From: a virus
Taxonomy: Duplodnaviria > Caudoviricetes
Length of the DNA stretch: 59,211 bases
Direction: 5' to 3' (one strand)
Virus record (IMG/VR): IMGVR_UViG_3300036770_005043
Location: 1-59,211 of that record
Part shown: in pieces, positions 1 to 8,774 of the stretch
How positions within the stretch are numbered: the first letter of the stretch is position 1
Layout of the letters: the number at the start of each line of letters is the position of its first letter
Position numbers and translations under genes: made by a program
Notes under the pieces: generated by a model
Told to the model about the DNA's origin: nothing
The model's input: the letters and a program-made list of their open reading frames with translations, nothing else
Databases searched by the model: none

Positions 1-25
1 CGTATTGTTGTAAAACAAAGCAATT
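1..25. repeat. 25-bp terminal overlap identical to 59187-59211 (circular assembly junction)
   Basis: cgtattgttgtaaaacaaagcaatt occurs at both ends, and the fibre reading frame continues through it. Confidence 0.95.
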
Positions 26-1722
26 TGCGCGCTACCCGTGCCTTCAACAGCAAGAACTTTATCAGTCGCATTTCCACCCGTAGATGTGCGGCCTATTGCC
101 AAGCCTCCCGTCGCTTCCAGCGTCATCTTGGGGTCGCCAAACGTGATGGTGTTGCCTGCGGTGCCGGAGGGGGCGGTGAAGAATTTGTGCGTACCATCGT
201 CCTGCACATAAAAAGTCGCGGCATCGGAGATTTTGTATTTCCAATTAGAGCCGTCGTAATGTGCGTTTGCACCAACGTAAATGTTTGGCGTTGAACTTCC
301 CTGCGCTGCAATAAACGCACCGGCTCCACCAAGTTGCATCGCGGGGGCAATTGTACTCCACGCCGACGGCGTGACGCCGAGGCCGAGGTTGCCGGAGGAG
401 TCGATACGCATACGTTCGGCTGCGTTCACCGTAAACGACATATTGTTTGTTGCGTGGTTGTACCCAATCACTGCAACGTTGTTGTCGGCACTATCTGCAA
501 ACAGGATGCCAGAGTCGCTAGAAGCGCCAGCACCGATTGTTAGATATGTATTTGAGGTACTCTGGAGGACGGCCTTTGAATCAGAATTTGGTGTCCCCCC
601 GTAAGCCGGGCCGACACTCAGCGGTGCATTCGGGCTACTCGTCCCGATGCCGACGTTGCCGTCGCTGCCTTGGAGGAAGAATGCGTGGGTGTTGGTGTCG
701 GATTCAACCCGAAAATCCACATCCGCGCCAAGCTCATTGACGACGACACCGCCGTTCAGGGTGGAGCCGGAGGAGACGGTGAGGGCGTCTGCGGACACGT
801 CATCCACGTAAGCCGTGCCGTCGACGTACAGATCTTTCCACTCAGAACCCGAGGCGCCGAGATCGTAGGTATTGTCGGCAGACGGAATGAGGCTAGAGGC
901 CACGTCGGCGTTGACGGTGACGGTATCCGAGGCGTCAGAGCCAAGAATTACGTTGCCGTTAGCGTCTAAGGTTGTGAACTTACCGGAGTTGCGGACGCTC
1001 TCGCCGATTTGGACGTTATCCAGCGTGCCGCCGTTGATGTCGGCGGTATCAGCAACGAGGCTGTCGATGTTGGCGGTGCCATCAACGAACAGGTCCTTCC
1101 ACTCAGAGCCCACGGCACCCAGGTCATAGCTGTCGTCCGCGGAGGGGATGAGGTTAGAGGCCACATCCGCGTTAACCGTCACGGTGTCCGAAGCATCCGA
1201 GCCGATCGTGGTGTTGCCCGTTGAGGACAGCGTCGTAAAAGCACCCGTGGAAGCGCTATTTGCACCGATCGGCGTGCCGTCAATGGCGCCACCGTTGATA
1301 TCAACAAAGTCATCCATCAAGACGACGTTGGTGCCGTCGACATAAAGGTGAGCCTTGAGGCCGTTCGGTACCGTGATACCGGTACCCGCGGAGGTTTTGA
1401 CCGTAATGCTTTGGCTACCGGTCGTGTTGTTCTGGACGATATACTGTTTCTGAATCGTCGGGACGATCATTTCCCGAGTCGCGGTGAGGCTTCCCGTGGA
1501 AGTGACATTCAGGACCAGCGCACGGGCCGCCTGGGCGGCGTTGTCGTCCGTATACGACAGGGTGAGGTTGGCATCAGAACCGAAGTTCGGGTTACCATAC
1601 CCTACGATGGCCTGCTCGAGCGTCGTGCCGAGGTTGGTGTTCGTGATCGTGCCCCAGGTCCCGGCGTTTTCGCCCGTTGCTTGGAGCTCGATCTTCAGAT
1701 TTGTCGAATATGAACTAGGCAT
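1..1722 (-). CDS. Tail fibre protein, N-terminal 574 aa (continues at 59186-58245; about 887 aa in total)
   Basis: Read by hand and absent from the ORF track: ATG at 1722, MPSSYSTNLKIELQATGENAGTWGTITNTNL...; open to base 1 (...AQIALFYNNT) and joins NGAYLYSN at the other end; GNVGIGT and ERMRIDSSGN fibre repeats. Confidence 0.9.
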   Translation of the reverse strand, partial: MPSSYSTNLKIELQATGENAGTWGTITNTNLGTTLEQAIVGYGNPNFGSDANLTLSYTDDNAAQAARALVLNVTSTGSLTATREMIVPTIQKQYIVQNNTTGSQSITVKTSAGTGITVPNGLKAHLYVDGTNVVLMDDFVDINGGAIDGTPIGANSASTGAFTTLSSTGNTTIGSDASDTVTVNADVASNLIPSADDSYDLGAVGSEWKDLFVDGTANIDSLVADTADINGGTLDNVQIGESVRNSGKFTTLDANGNVILGSDASDTVTVNADVASSLIPSADNTYDLGASGSEWKDLYVDGTAYVDDVSADALTVSSGSTLNGGVVVNELGADVDFRVESDTNTHAFFLQGSDGNVGIGTSSPNAPLSVGPAYGGTPNSDSKAVLQSTSNTYLTIGAGASSDSGILFADSADNNVAVIGYNHATNNMSFTVNAAERMRIDSSGNLGLGVTPSAWSTIAPAMQLGGAGAFIAAQGSSTPNIYVGANAHYDGSNWKYKISDAATFYVQDDGTHKFFTAPSGTAGNTITFGDPKMTLEATGGLAIGRTSTGGNATDKVLAVEGTGSAQIALFYNNT

Positions 1723-1736
1723 GTGCGTCGATTCCC

Positions 1737-2444
1737 TTATGTCGGAATTTGTGTCCAGACCACGGCATTTCCGTCGTTGACTAGCACCCAATTTTGTGCC
1801 TGTGAGTCATCGACATTTTGCCAGTTGGCTGTCTGGTTGTCATCAATCACGCTCCAGACAAGGACTTCTCCGACCTCGCCTGTTGCAAAAACCCCTGTTA
1901 CCACTACATCGACGTCGGCAGTGACGACAACGGTGCCAACTTCCGCCGTGGCAGACAGGGTACTGAGTGAAACCTTGGCGTTGCCCGTCAAGCTGACAGT
2001 GCCAACTTGTCCCGTGGCTTCAACGCCGGTCAATGTGACGTTGGCATCGCCCGTGACATCCACCTGACCCAGCTGCGTCGTGCCTTGGACGCCGGTCAGG
2101 GTGACATTGGCGTCCGCAGTGGTGGTGACGGTGCCGACTTCGCCGGTTGCTTCGACGCCGGTGAGCGAGACATTGGCGTCACCGGTCACGGCTACATCGC
2201 CAAGGCCCATGGTGGCCTCAAGGCCGGTGACTAAAACGTCCGCGTTAGCTGTGACGGTGACAGTGCCGACCGAGGCGGTGGCCTCAAGGCCGGTAACGGA
2301 CGTGTTCGCGTCCGCCGTAATAACAACCGTGCCAACCTCGCCCGTGCCCGTGGGCAGTGCCGCAAGGCTCTCGCCCCAAGGATCGTCGCCCCAGCCTACG
2401 CCAGAGGCATTCCACCCTTGGAAAGCAACGACGGCATCGGTCAC
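1737..2444 (-). CDS. Repeat-rich virion/tail protein (about 7 x 22-aa ANVxLTGVEATGxVGTVxVT repeats)
   Basis: Clear tandem repeats, GWGxxxWG N-terminal motif, position in the tail cluster. Confidence 0.75.
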   Translation of the reverse strand: MTDAVVAFQGWNASGVGWGDDPWGESLAALPTGTGEVGTVVITADANTSVTGLEATASVGTVTVTANADVLVTGLEATMGLGDVAVTGDANVSLTGVEATGEVGTVTTTADANVTLTGVQGTTQLGQVDVTGDANVTLTGVEATGQVGTVSLTGNAKVSLSTLSATAEVGTVVVTADVDVVVTGVFATGEVGEVLVWSVIDDNQTANWQNVDDSQAQNWVLVNDGNAVVWTQIPT

Positions 2445-2453
2445 TGTCGCCTC

Positions 2454-2891
2454 TTAGGCGATGCGAATGATCGCGGACGTCGAATCGGCGGTGGGGAAGA
2501 TGACGGTGAAGGTGCCGTTCGTGGAAGTTTTGGCTCCACTGAAGTCCAGCACGCATACCGCGGGGTCTCCCGCTGCGGTGTCGTTGTAGATCAACGCGCC
2601 ATAGGCCGTAATCGTCGCACTCGTAAACGAAATATCCGCAAAATCCGTGAAAGCGGTGGTGCCGCTGGACGTTGGGGTAACGTTCGTGAGCGTTCCGCCG
2701 CCTGCTGCATAGGTGCCTGAGTTGGCCACCTCGTCGGAAGACGTGTAGGCAGTGGTTGAAGCGTTAAATGACGCGTTATTGTCGTACAGCGCGAGCTTAA
2801 ACGTGTCGCCAGTACCGTTGGTAAAGTCGTGCACGCCCTTCAAAAGCTCCACTTTGAAGCTGGTGCACATGAAGTTTCCACTGAAGGCCAT
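2454..2891 (-). CDS. Conserved virion structural/tail protein
   Basis: CTSFKVELLxGxHDF...FKLALY...GALIYN...VLDF.G.KTST.GTFT.FP pattern typical of this phage group; RBS GGAG. Confidence 0.75.
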   Translation of the reverse strand: MAFSGNFMCTSFKVELLKGVHDFTNGTGDTFKLALYDNNASFNASTTAYTSSDEVANSGTYAAGGGTLTNVTPTSSGTTAFTDFADISFTSATITAYGALIYNDTAAGDPAVCVLDFSGAKTSTNGTFTVIFPTADSTSAIIRIA

Positions 2892-2893
2892 GC

Positions 2894-3181
2894 TTATTCT
2901 CCTAACAAATGAACCAGCTCTGGATGACCGGCTTCACGAAGGCGATTGGCCTGCGTAATCCGGTCCTGTTCGACTGCTTCTTTAAGATAAAACTCCACAA
3001 CATGCTGAATACGGGCCTTGAAGGCCAGCGCCTGCTCGCGCACGAGCGGGTGCGACTGGTCCCCGACCGAAATAATCTTGTCCGCGGCCCGTTGGGCAAG
3101 CTCCTCGGGCGTCCAGCCACGGCCACTGGCCGTGTGAACCTGCACACCTTGAAGAAATGCGGCGGAAGAAACGTCGATCAT
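2894..3181 (-). CDS. Conserved hypothetical phage protein
   Basis: Translationally coupled within the structural operon. Confidence 0.7.
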   Translation of the reverse strand: MIDVSSAAFLQGVQVHTASGRGWTPEELAQRAADKIISVGDQSHPLVREQALAFKARIQHVVEFYLKEAVEQDRITQANRLREAGHPELVHLLGE

Positions 3182-3834
3182 GGGCCCGGAGACTCCGATT
3201 TAATGGGTATGCGAATCATACCATCGCGGTATTCGTCGCGGCGGCGTCGGCCTTGCTGTTCGATGCCGAGGCCTTGGATCGCTTGCCGGTACGAGTTGTT
3301 GAAGTACTGCAACATCTCCGGCGGTCCCTTCGTATAGCTGTACGCTTGGATCAAACAGGCATAAAGCAGCGCTTCCGGCGCGTTAGTGCTAATCCAAGTC
3401 GTTGGTGTTGCAGGGGACAACTGTGTTGGGCGGTAGATATAGCCCAATTCGACGGCATAATCGGCCGCGGGCGTCGGTGCAATGTAAAACGTGTTCTGGT
3501 CCCACACGGAATAGTACTTCGGCACGCCTGTAGAGGAGCCGTTCGGCCAATATTCCTTCATGAACGACGTGTCACGGAAGTCTAGGAATATCTGCTGCCC
3601 ATCGACCGTGATCATCATGTAGCGATGCGTCAAAAGATCCGCTGGCGCCGACAAAAACTTGTTGCCGGTCGTCATATTGGCGGCTACTTCAAGCTTGAAT
3701 ACGTCCAAGTCGATCTCGCGAAGGATCTGGTTCTCCGCCATCGTGATAAACGTATTGATCACCGAGTTGGAGAACACATTCGCGTCCACCTCGGTGTAGT
3801 TTCGGATGTTTGTGACCAGTTCGTCGTACGTCAT
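3178..3834 (-). CDS. Head-tail adaptor/connector protein
   Basis: MTYDEL...I..FITMAE..I.R, PKYY, Y.APTP, APEALLYACL.QAY motifs. Confidence 0.75.
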   Translation of the reverse strand: MTYDELVTNIRNYTEVDANVFSNSVINTFITMAENQILREIDLDVFKLEVAANMTTGNKFLSAPADLLTHRYMMITVDGQQIFLDFRDTSFMKEYWPNGSSTGVPKYYSVWDQNTFYIAPTPAADYAVELGYIYRPTQLSPATPTTWISTNAPEALLYACLIQAYSYTKGPPEMLQYFNNSYRQAIQGLGIEQQGRRRRDEYRDGMIRIPIKSESPGP

Positions 3835-4181
3835 GTCGTCGTCACCGTCACAGCCCCGACCTTGGCATCGCCAATCAAAGGCTGTCCTTCAATGTAAGGA
3901 CGCATATCGTTGGTATTACGCGCTGTACCAAAGCTTTGAAACGCGCTAAAGCCTGGCGCGCCTACGAACACGGACACCGGTTCAATGCGATCGGGCCGCG
4001 GATCTTGCAAAGCAATGGCATCGCCTGTGTAACGAAGCGGATCCAACTGCGGCTCTTTCGGCTCGTAGTCGTCTGGGCAAACCATGAAGCCTCGCCAGTT
4101 CTTGCGAAGCACGGTGTACTTATACCGCTGGCCGCAGTAGTCGCAGAGGCCGTAGGAAAATTTGCCCGTTGCGAAGGCCAT
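3831..4181 (-). CDS. Conserved Cys-containing (Zn-ribbon-like) structural-cluster protein
   Basis: CDYCG...W.G.MVCP.D.EPKEPQL...PRPD motif. Confidence 0.7.
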   Translation of the reverse strand: MAFATGKFSYGLCDYCGQRYKYTVLRKNWRGFMVCPDDYEPKEPQLDPLRYTGDAIALQDPRPDRIEPVSVFVGAPGFSAFQSFGTARNTNDMRPYIEGQPLIGDAKVGAVTVTTT

Positions 4182-4182
4182 G

Positions 4183-4848
4183 TCAGTACCCCAGGTCCGG
4201 TACGAACTGGACGCTGGCCGTATCGCGATCTTCGTCCGCGGCGCGCTTGAAATCTTCTTCGTAGATTGCCTTCAACGCAGCGGTCCGGTCTGGCGCAAAC
4301 TTCAAAGAAAGTTGGTACGCCAGTCCCGACACAAGGCAAGGCAGGAAGCGGAAGTTGATGTCCGTCGTATTGGTGTACGAACCAGCATCTTGGATGCGGC
4401 GTATCCGATAGTATACAAAGGTATAGTTTTGATCTGCCGCAGGATAGAAGAACACCTTTGGAATGTTCGTTCGCTGCACGTAGAACTGTGCAGGCCGCGC
4501 TTGTGTCGTCTTATCAGGGACGTTCAAGTAGTCAGAACGGCTGATTCGCTCGATGTAGATATCGGTCGAGGGGCTAGTCCCTGGGTCACGAATGACCGCA
4601 GACAGCACGTTAACCGTATCGGCATCCAAGGTGATTTCATTGACGCCCTGGGTCAGTGCGTAGGTCGCCTGTTCAATCGTCCACAGGTTTAGGCCTCGAT
4701 TGGCCCAATCAAGGAATAGTAGGTTCAGCGAGCGGCGTGCGGAGTTAAGCTGATAGCCGCTTGTTCCCCGCATGCCGCAACGCTCGAAGGCCTCTTCAAC
4801 CAAATCATCGATCGACAGGTTGAAGTCTGTGGTGCCGGAGGTCGCCAT
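4183..4848 (-). CDS. Head-tail adaptor / tail tubular A-like protein
   Basis: MATSGT..FNL...EEAFERCG...ARRSLNLL..DWANRGLNLWT, RFLPCLV.GLAY motifs. Confidence 0.75.
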   Translation of the reverse strand: MATSGTTDFNLSIDDLVEEAFERCGMRGTSGYQLNSARRSLNLLFLDWANRGLNLWTIEQATYALTQGVNEITLDADTVNVLSAVIRDPGTSPSTDIYIERISRSDYLNVPDKTTQARPAQFYVQRTNIPKVFFYPAADQNYTFVYYRIRRIQDAGSYTNTTDINFRFLPCLVSGLAYQLSLKFAPDRTAALKAIYEEDFKRAADEDRDTASVQFVPDLGY

Positions 4849-4852
4849 TCAA

Positions 4853-5104
4853 TCAACCGCAAGATCCGCCTTCACGCATCTTCCGGACCTTTTTCTTTTT
4901 GGCCATGCCGCCCTTCTTGTAGCCCTTGACCATACCGCCGCCCATCATACCCATGGCCATTTTCTTGTGCTGATTTACATCACCACCCATAGCCATCATT
5001 ACAGGTCCGGTCTTCTTGCTGGGCTCAGAAACCATACGGTTCTTTGGACCTTTTCCAACGCATCCGCCGCCTTTGGTCGCGGCTCCCATTCCACGTCCAG
5101 CCAT
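4853..5104 (-). CDS. Small basic K/M/G-rich protein with multiple xxxGG motifs
   Basis: Likely start MAGRGMGAATKGG at 5104; contains MAMGG, MMGGG, YKKGG, MREGG. Confidence 0.7.
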   Translation of the reverse strand: MAGRGMGAATKGGGCVGKGPKNRMVSEPSKKTGPVMMAMGGDVNQHKKMAMGMMGGGMVKGYKKGGMAKKKKVRKMREGGSCG

Positions 5105-5105
5105 T

Positions 5106-5270
5106 TTACTTACCTCGCATCGCGCGGCCGGCGGCATCTTTGCTCTTACGCTTCATCGCGCGGCCTTTTTTGTCCATCATCCCGCCCTTTTTCATCTTGC
5201 CAACGCCGTCGGCTGCAAAAGCGGGGACCATTTTGTTCCCTTTCTTAACCATCTTCATCTTGCCAGGCAT
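5106..5270 (-). CDS. Small basic protein (VPAFAADGVGKMKKGG)
   Basis: Start MPGKMK at 5270 after a GGAG RBS. Confidence 0.7.
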   Translation of the reverse strand: MPGKMKMVKKGNKMVPAFAADGVGKMKKGGMMDKKGRAMKRKSKDAAGRAMRGK

Positions 5271-5290
5271 GTGTATGCTCCTAATTACGA

Positions 5291-5590
5291 CTAACACTTC
5301 CACCGGCGGCGAGCTTGACGGATCCGACTGTTCGGATCCTTAGCCGCTTTCGGATACATCTTCATCTGGCCCGCCGAGCGCGCACAAAATGACTTGCGTC
5401 GTTTCGCCCGCGCAGGGCTTGGGTTCGATTCAGTCACCGCGGTCTGGAGCTTACTGCCCGGGTTCGCCCGTCGGTATGCTGCCACACCTTTTTTGGTCAT
5501 CCCCGCACCGCTTTTCGTGGAGCGAAAATTGCCACTCTTAACAGACGTGGCAATCCCCATTCCGCGTTTCGCCGTGCGGCGAGACGTCAC
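5291..5590 (-). CDS. Small basic conserved phage protein (DUF6321-like)
   Basis: GMTKKG..AYRR.NPGSKL...RRKSFCARS.G...DPNSR...ARRRWKC signature. Confidence 0.75.
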   Translation of the reverse strand: MTSRRTAKRGMGIATSVKSGNFRSTKSGAGMTKKGVAAYRRANPGSKLQTAVTESNPSPARAKRRKSFCARSAGQMKMYPKAAKDPNSRIRQARRRWKC

Positions 5591-5889
5591 GCAGCGGCTC
5601 CGCCTACAAACAGGACGGTTACGCTAGTGACGTTGGCATCTGCCAAGTCCACGTAAACGCCGTCTTTAAACAGAATGCCGTCATCCGGAATGATCAAGTC
5701 ATGCGCGCCTGCCGCAGCGGGCGTCGTCAGGCTCAACAAAACCGTGCCGCTTGATCCACCGGTCTTCAGGGTAAAAGAAGATCCCGTGACGGTGGTGGTG
5801 AAGTACACCCCCTGCACACGGGTGCGCCCGTTCACGGCATCGCCGGATGCCGTGACGGTTTTAGCACTCAGGTCACTCGCGAAGCTCAT
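5587..5889 (-). CDS. Small beta-rich virion protein
   Basis: GRTRVQG...IP.DGILF..G.Y pattern; RBS AGGAG. Confidence 0.7.
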   Translation of the reverse strand: MSFASDLSAKTVTASGDAVNGRTRVQGVYFTTTVTGSSFTLKTGGSSGTVLLSLTTPAAAGAHDLIIPDDGILFKDGVYVDLADANVTSVTVLFVGGAAA

Positions 5890-5901
5890 GACAAGCTCCT
5901 A

Positions 5902-6612
5902 TTAACGGGTCGCGGCGGCGAAGATGTAGTCAACCTTCGTTGAACGCGTGCCCGTCGCGCTGCCCGAAACAGACATCGCACCCAGTGCCAACTCCGTGGT
6001 CGGGATGTTGGTGGTGTGGGTCGCCACAAGCTGGCGGTTCACGTAAAAGCCCACCTGCCCGGTGCTTTGCACACGGAAACCGAGGGTGACATAGGTGTCA
6101 TCGACGAGGTCCACCAACGAATCGGTTGAAGTCTCGGTGCCGCCTGATTCGGTTTTGCAAAGGATCGACGCATCGCCATCATTGACTTGGAACACGATGC
6201 GATCGGCAGCGGCCAACATGGCCTCTGGGTTCGTCGCAAAGTTCACCGTCAAGCCAACACAAATGTCAGTCTGGTCGGCATCGTTGCACTGCAACTTGGT
6301 CTCAAACCAAACCACCTTGTCGGCCTGTACCTTGAACACTTCGTTGCCCTGCACCGAAGCGCCATCGTCGTCAGTCGTCGCGGCAGAGGTTAGTTCAAGA
6401 ACGCCGTTGACCGTATCGGCTACGATACCGGCCGTGGCGCCAGAGTCTTTGACCACGGTCCAATCGTTTGTGCTATCCAGCGCAACGCCCAAAAAGTCGT
6501 CCATGTACACGACGACGTCGTTGTCCGCGCCAATGGTAAGGTCCGTTCCCCAAGCGCCGGTAGCGCCCTTGCCCGAGTACTGAAGCGGGCCAGAATAATG
6601 CGTAGCAGCCAT
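5902..6612 (-). CDS. Capsid decoration/minor virion protein (beta-sandwich, lectin-like)
   Basis: MA.THYSGP N-terminus, Y.DDF, VDYIFAA C-terminus; lies just downstream of the MCP. Confidence 0.65.
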   Translation of the reverse strand: MAATHYSGPLQYSGKGATGAWGTDLTIGADNDVVVYMDDFLGVALDSTNDWTVVKDSGATAGIVADTVNGVLELTSAATTDDDGASVQGNEVFKVQADKVVWFETKLQCNDADQTDICVGLTVNFATNPEAMLAAADRIVFQVNDGDASILCKTESGGTETSTDSLVDLVDDTYVTLGFRVQSTGQVGFYVNRQLVATHTTNIPTTELALGAMSVSGSATGTRSTKVDYIFAAATR

Positions 6613-6634
6613 GTTGTCCTCACATGCGAGTTAA

Positions 6635-6677
6635 GTACATCTGTCTGCATGTCGTCAGCCGGGCCTGTCAGATGTAC
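6635..6677 (-). promoter_or_regulatory. Candidate structured 5' leader RNA of the decoration gene
   Basis: 9-bp arms GTACATCTG/CAGATGTAC enclose a 25-nt loop; repeated (C/G)(T/A)GAC units; TATAGT -10-like element upstream at about 6700-6705. Confidence 0.5.
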
Positions 6678-6721
6678 CGGTTTGTCCCGGGGTAATTGCA
6701 CTATACGTCAGTAATCTAGAT

Positions 6722-6749
6722 AAAAAAAGGGGGTCTTTCGACCCCCTTT
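6722..6749 (-). terminator. Rho-independent terminator after the major capsid gene
   Basis: GGGGGTC-GAAA-GACCCCC hairpin followed by a T-run on the minus strand. Confidence 0.9.
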
Positions 6750-6764
6750 AGTTTGGCTGAGCGA

Positions 6765-7673
6765 TTAAGCCGCGCCGGGTGAGCCAAAGATTCCGCGAGG
6801 ATCGCTGAATCCAAAGCTGTAGCGCTCGCGCGCCTTGTACCGCACGTTGCCGGTATCAAAATCTCCTTCGAAACCGGTCTTGATCGCTACGCGCTGGAAC
6901 ATCTTCATGCCGTTCGGGGCATCGGTCTTGATGAACCATGCGTCCGGATCGGTCAAGAAGTGGTTCACAGAGTAGCCCTGCGGCACCATGCCCATGTTCT
7001 TCACGGCGTTGATGTCGTTGTCCGCAGTGCCGACACGGAGGGTCGACTTGAGAATGCGGTCAGCCGTGAACATCAGCTCTTTCGGGATGATGAGCTTCAA
7101 GCCTTGAACAGCGATCTTCAGCCCACGCTCGTCGGTGAAGGCGGCGATGTCGATCAACGCCTGCTCCAGCGAGGTTTCGCTGAGGTCAGCCGAGACAGAC
7201 AGCTCGTTGCGGAGGTTCGGGCCCGACAGGGTCGGGTGATCGTCCGCGCAAAGCGGCTTGCCGTCGCCACCGACCGAGGTGTCAAACGCGCCGTTAAGCA
7301 CGCTGGCAGCCTTGATCTGCTTGGTTTGCGCCATGGAACGAGCCAGCGCCTTGGTGTAACGCGCCGAGAGACGGTCGTAGAGGTTGTCCTCCACGGCTTC
7401 TTCGGTGAGCGAGAACGCCAACGCGATCGTCTCGTGCGTATAGCGAGCGGTGTAGACTTCCTGCGCCTGGTCGTAAGCGACGCCAGCGCCTTCGGTCTTA
7501 ACTGGAGCTTCGGCGAAGCCGGACTCCATCACCTCTTCTTCAAACGCACGATCCGAGGTTTCTACCGAGTAGATCTCGGCATGCTCGTTTTCGTAGTTCT
7601 TGTACTCGAGGCCGAAGAGGGCGTTCAAGCCCGGCTCCAGCTCCTTAACAAGTTGTGCACGTGAAATTGCCAT
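6765..7673 (-). CDS. Major capsid protein (Mu gpT-like, HK97 fold)
   Basis: MAISRAQLVKELEPGLNALFGLEY, RYTHETIALAF..TEEA.EDNLY, RYKARERYSFG.SDPRG motifs; strong terminator follows. Confidence 0.92.
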   Translation of the reverse strand: MAISRAQLVKELEPGLNALFGLEYKNYENEHAEIYSVETSDRAFEEEVMESGFAEAPVKTEGAGVAYDQAQEVYTARYTHETIALAFSLTEEAVEDNLYDRLSARYTKALARSMAQTKQIKAASVLNGAFDTSVGGDGKPLCADDHPTLSGPNLRNELSVSADLSETSLEQALIDIAAFTDERGLKIAVQGLKLIIPKELMFTADRILKSTLRVGTADNDINAVKNMGMVPQGYSVNHFLTDPDAWFIKTDAPNGMKMFQRVAIKTGFEGDFDTGNVRYKARERYSFGFSDPRGIFGSPGAA

Positions 7674-7691
7674 GATTTATGCCCCTTAAAC

Positions 7692-8270
7692 TCAGGTTAC
7701 GGCCTTAACGCCAGTGCTGCCGTACAGGTGCTCGTTGATTTTCACAACGACCACAGCGAAGTCCCCGAGCGCGTTGCCGGGGACATCCCACAAGCCAACG
7801 ATCTTCAGGTTCAATGCTGCCGTATCAGCGATGGTGGACGAATCCAGTTCCATCGAAGACACGCCCGTGGTGGTGCTGCCGCCCGTTCCAATGACATCCG
7901 CGTTCTTGCCGATATCGGCCTGAACGATGTCCTCGTCGGCTTGGATGATGAACAACTGGTTCGGGTCGTCGATCACGTCGGCAATGATCTTGCCGCTGGT
8001 GATGTTGACGCTGCCCGGATAGTAGTTCTTCCAAGTCGGCTTACCGGAGGAAGGGTCCACATAAAAACAGCCGTTAAATACGCCCAAGGCCGCAGCGTGC
8101 GTGCCTGGGTCAAACTTAACGACATACCCGCCTACGATCGTAACCAGGTCGCCCTGGTAGATCGCGCCTGCTTGGTTGTCCTCAATCTCGTAACCGTACT
8201 GCTTCTGGGCACCAGTTGCAGACAAATTGCCGAGAGGACGAAGACCAAAGGCTTTATCTACGTTTGCCAT
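7692..8270 (-). CDS. Capsid cement/decoration protein
   Basis: MANVD.AFGLRP, I..GD.V, GVF.GC.Y, V.DDP motifs; directly upstream of the MCP. Confidence 0.7.
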   Translation of the reverse strand: MANVDKAFGLRPLGNLSATGAQKQYGYEIEDNQAGAIYQGDLVTIVGGYVVKFDPGTHAAALGVFNGCFYVDPSSGKPTWKNYYPGSVNITSGKIIADVIDDPNQLFIIQADEDIVQADIGKNADVIGTGGSTTTGVSSMELDSSTIADTAALNLKIVGLWDVPGNALGDFAVVVVKINEHLYGSTGVKAVT

Positions 8271-8298
8271 TTGATAGATCCTCTAAAAAAGTTATTCA

Positions 8299-8769
8299 CT
8301 AGCTCTTCGAGCCGCCGAATGAAACGCGGGATCTGCGGGTCGGACGTTCGATGATCATGCTTGAATGAGCATTGCTTTTCATCAATTCGTTGTCCGCAGC
8401 CTGCATTTGGTCGCCCGCTGCCTTTCGGTAATGCGCATTGCGCTCTTCCACGGTTTCTTCAGGGATACGTGCCAGCAACAAACCGCCTACGCTGATGACG
8501 CCAGCGTGACGACCGTCCTGTACTGTTGGGGCGGGAAAGTCAGGGTATTCGTCGCCTCGGACGAGCTCATAGCCTTCGCGCAAGCGCCCGGCAATGTTCG
8601 TTCGATCTTCTACCCCACCTGCCTCAGCCCGAATCCAACGGTGCTTGTATCCCAAAGGAGCGGGAGGCGCATCCAGTCGCGAAGGGGGACTCCAAGGGCG
8701 GCGCCGCGCAGTCTTCTCGCGAGATTCGGATTCACGAGCAGTGCGATTCAGTGTTTTAGCGTCCGACAT
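8299..8769 (-). CDS. Conserved head-cluster protein
   Basis: W.PPS.LDAP..P.G..HRWIR...REGYE.VR, GGLLLARIP motifs. Confidence 0.75.
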   Translation of the reverse strand: MSDAKTLNRTARESESREKTARRRPWSPPSRLDAPPAPLGYKHRWIRAEAGGVEDRTNIAGRLREGYELVRGDEYPDFPAPTVQDGRHAGVISVGGLLLARIPEETVEERNAHYRKAAGDQMQAADNELMKSNAHSSMIIERPTRRSRVSFGGSKS

Positions 8770-8774
8770 GTGTC

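Noticed and set aside
1-25. Biological terminal repeat
   Set aside because: It falls in mid-gene and has k-mer-like length, so it is better explained as an assembly circularisation overlap
5420-5440. GGTTCGATTC T-loop-like sequence (tRNA?)
   Set aside because: Inside a conserved CDS with no cloverleaf around it
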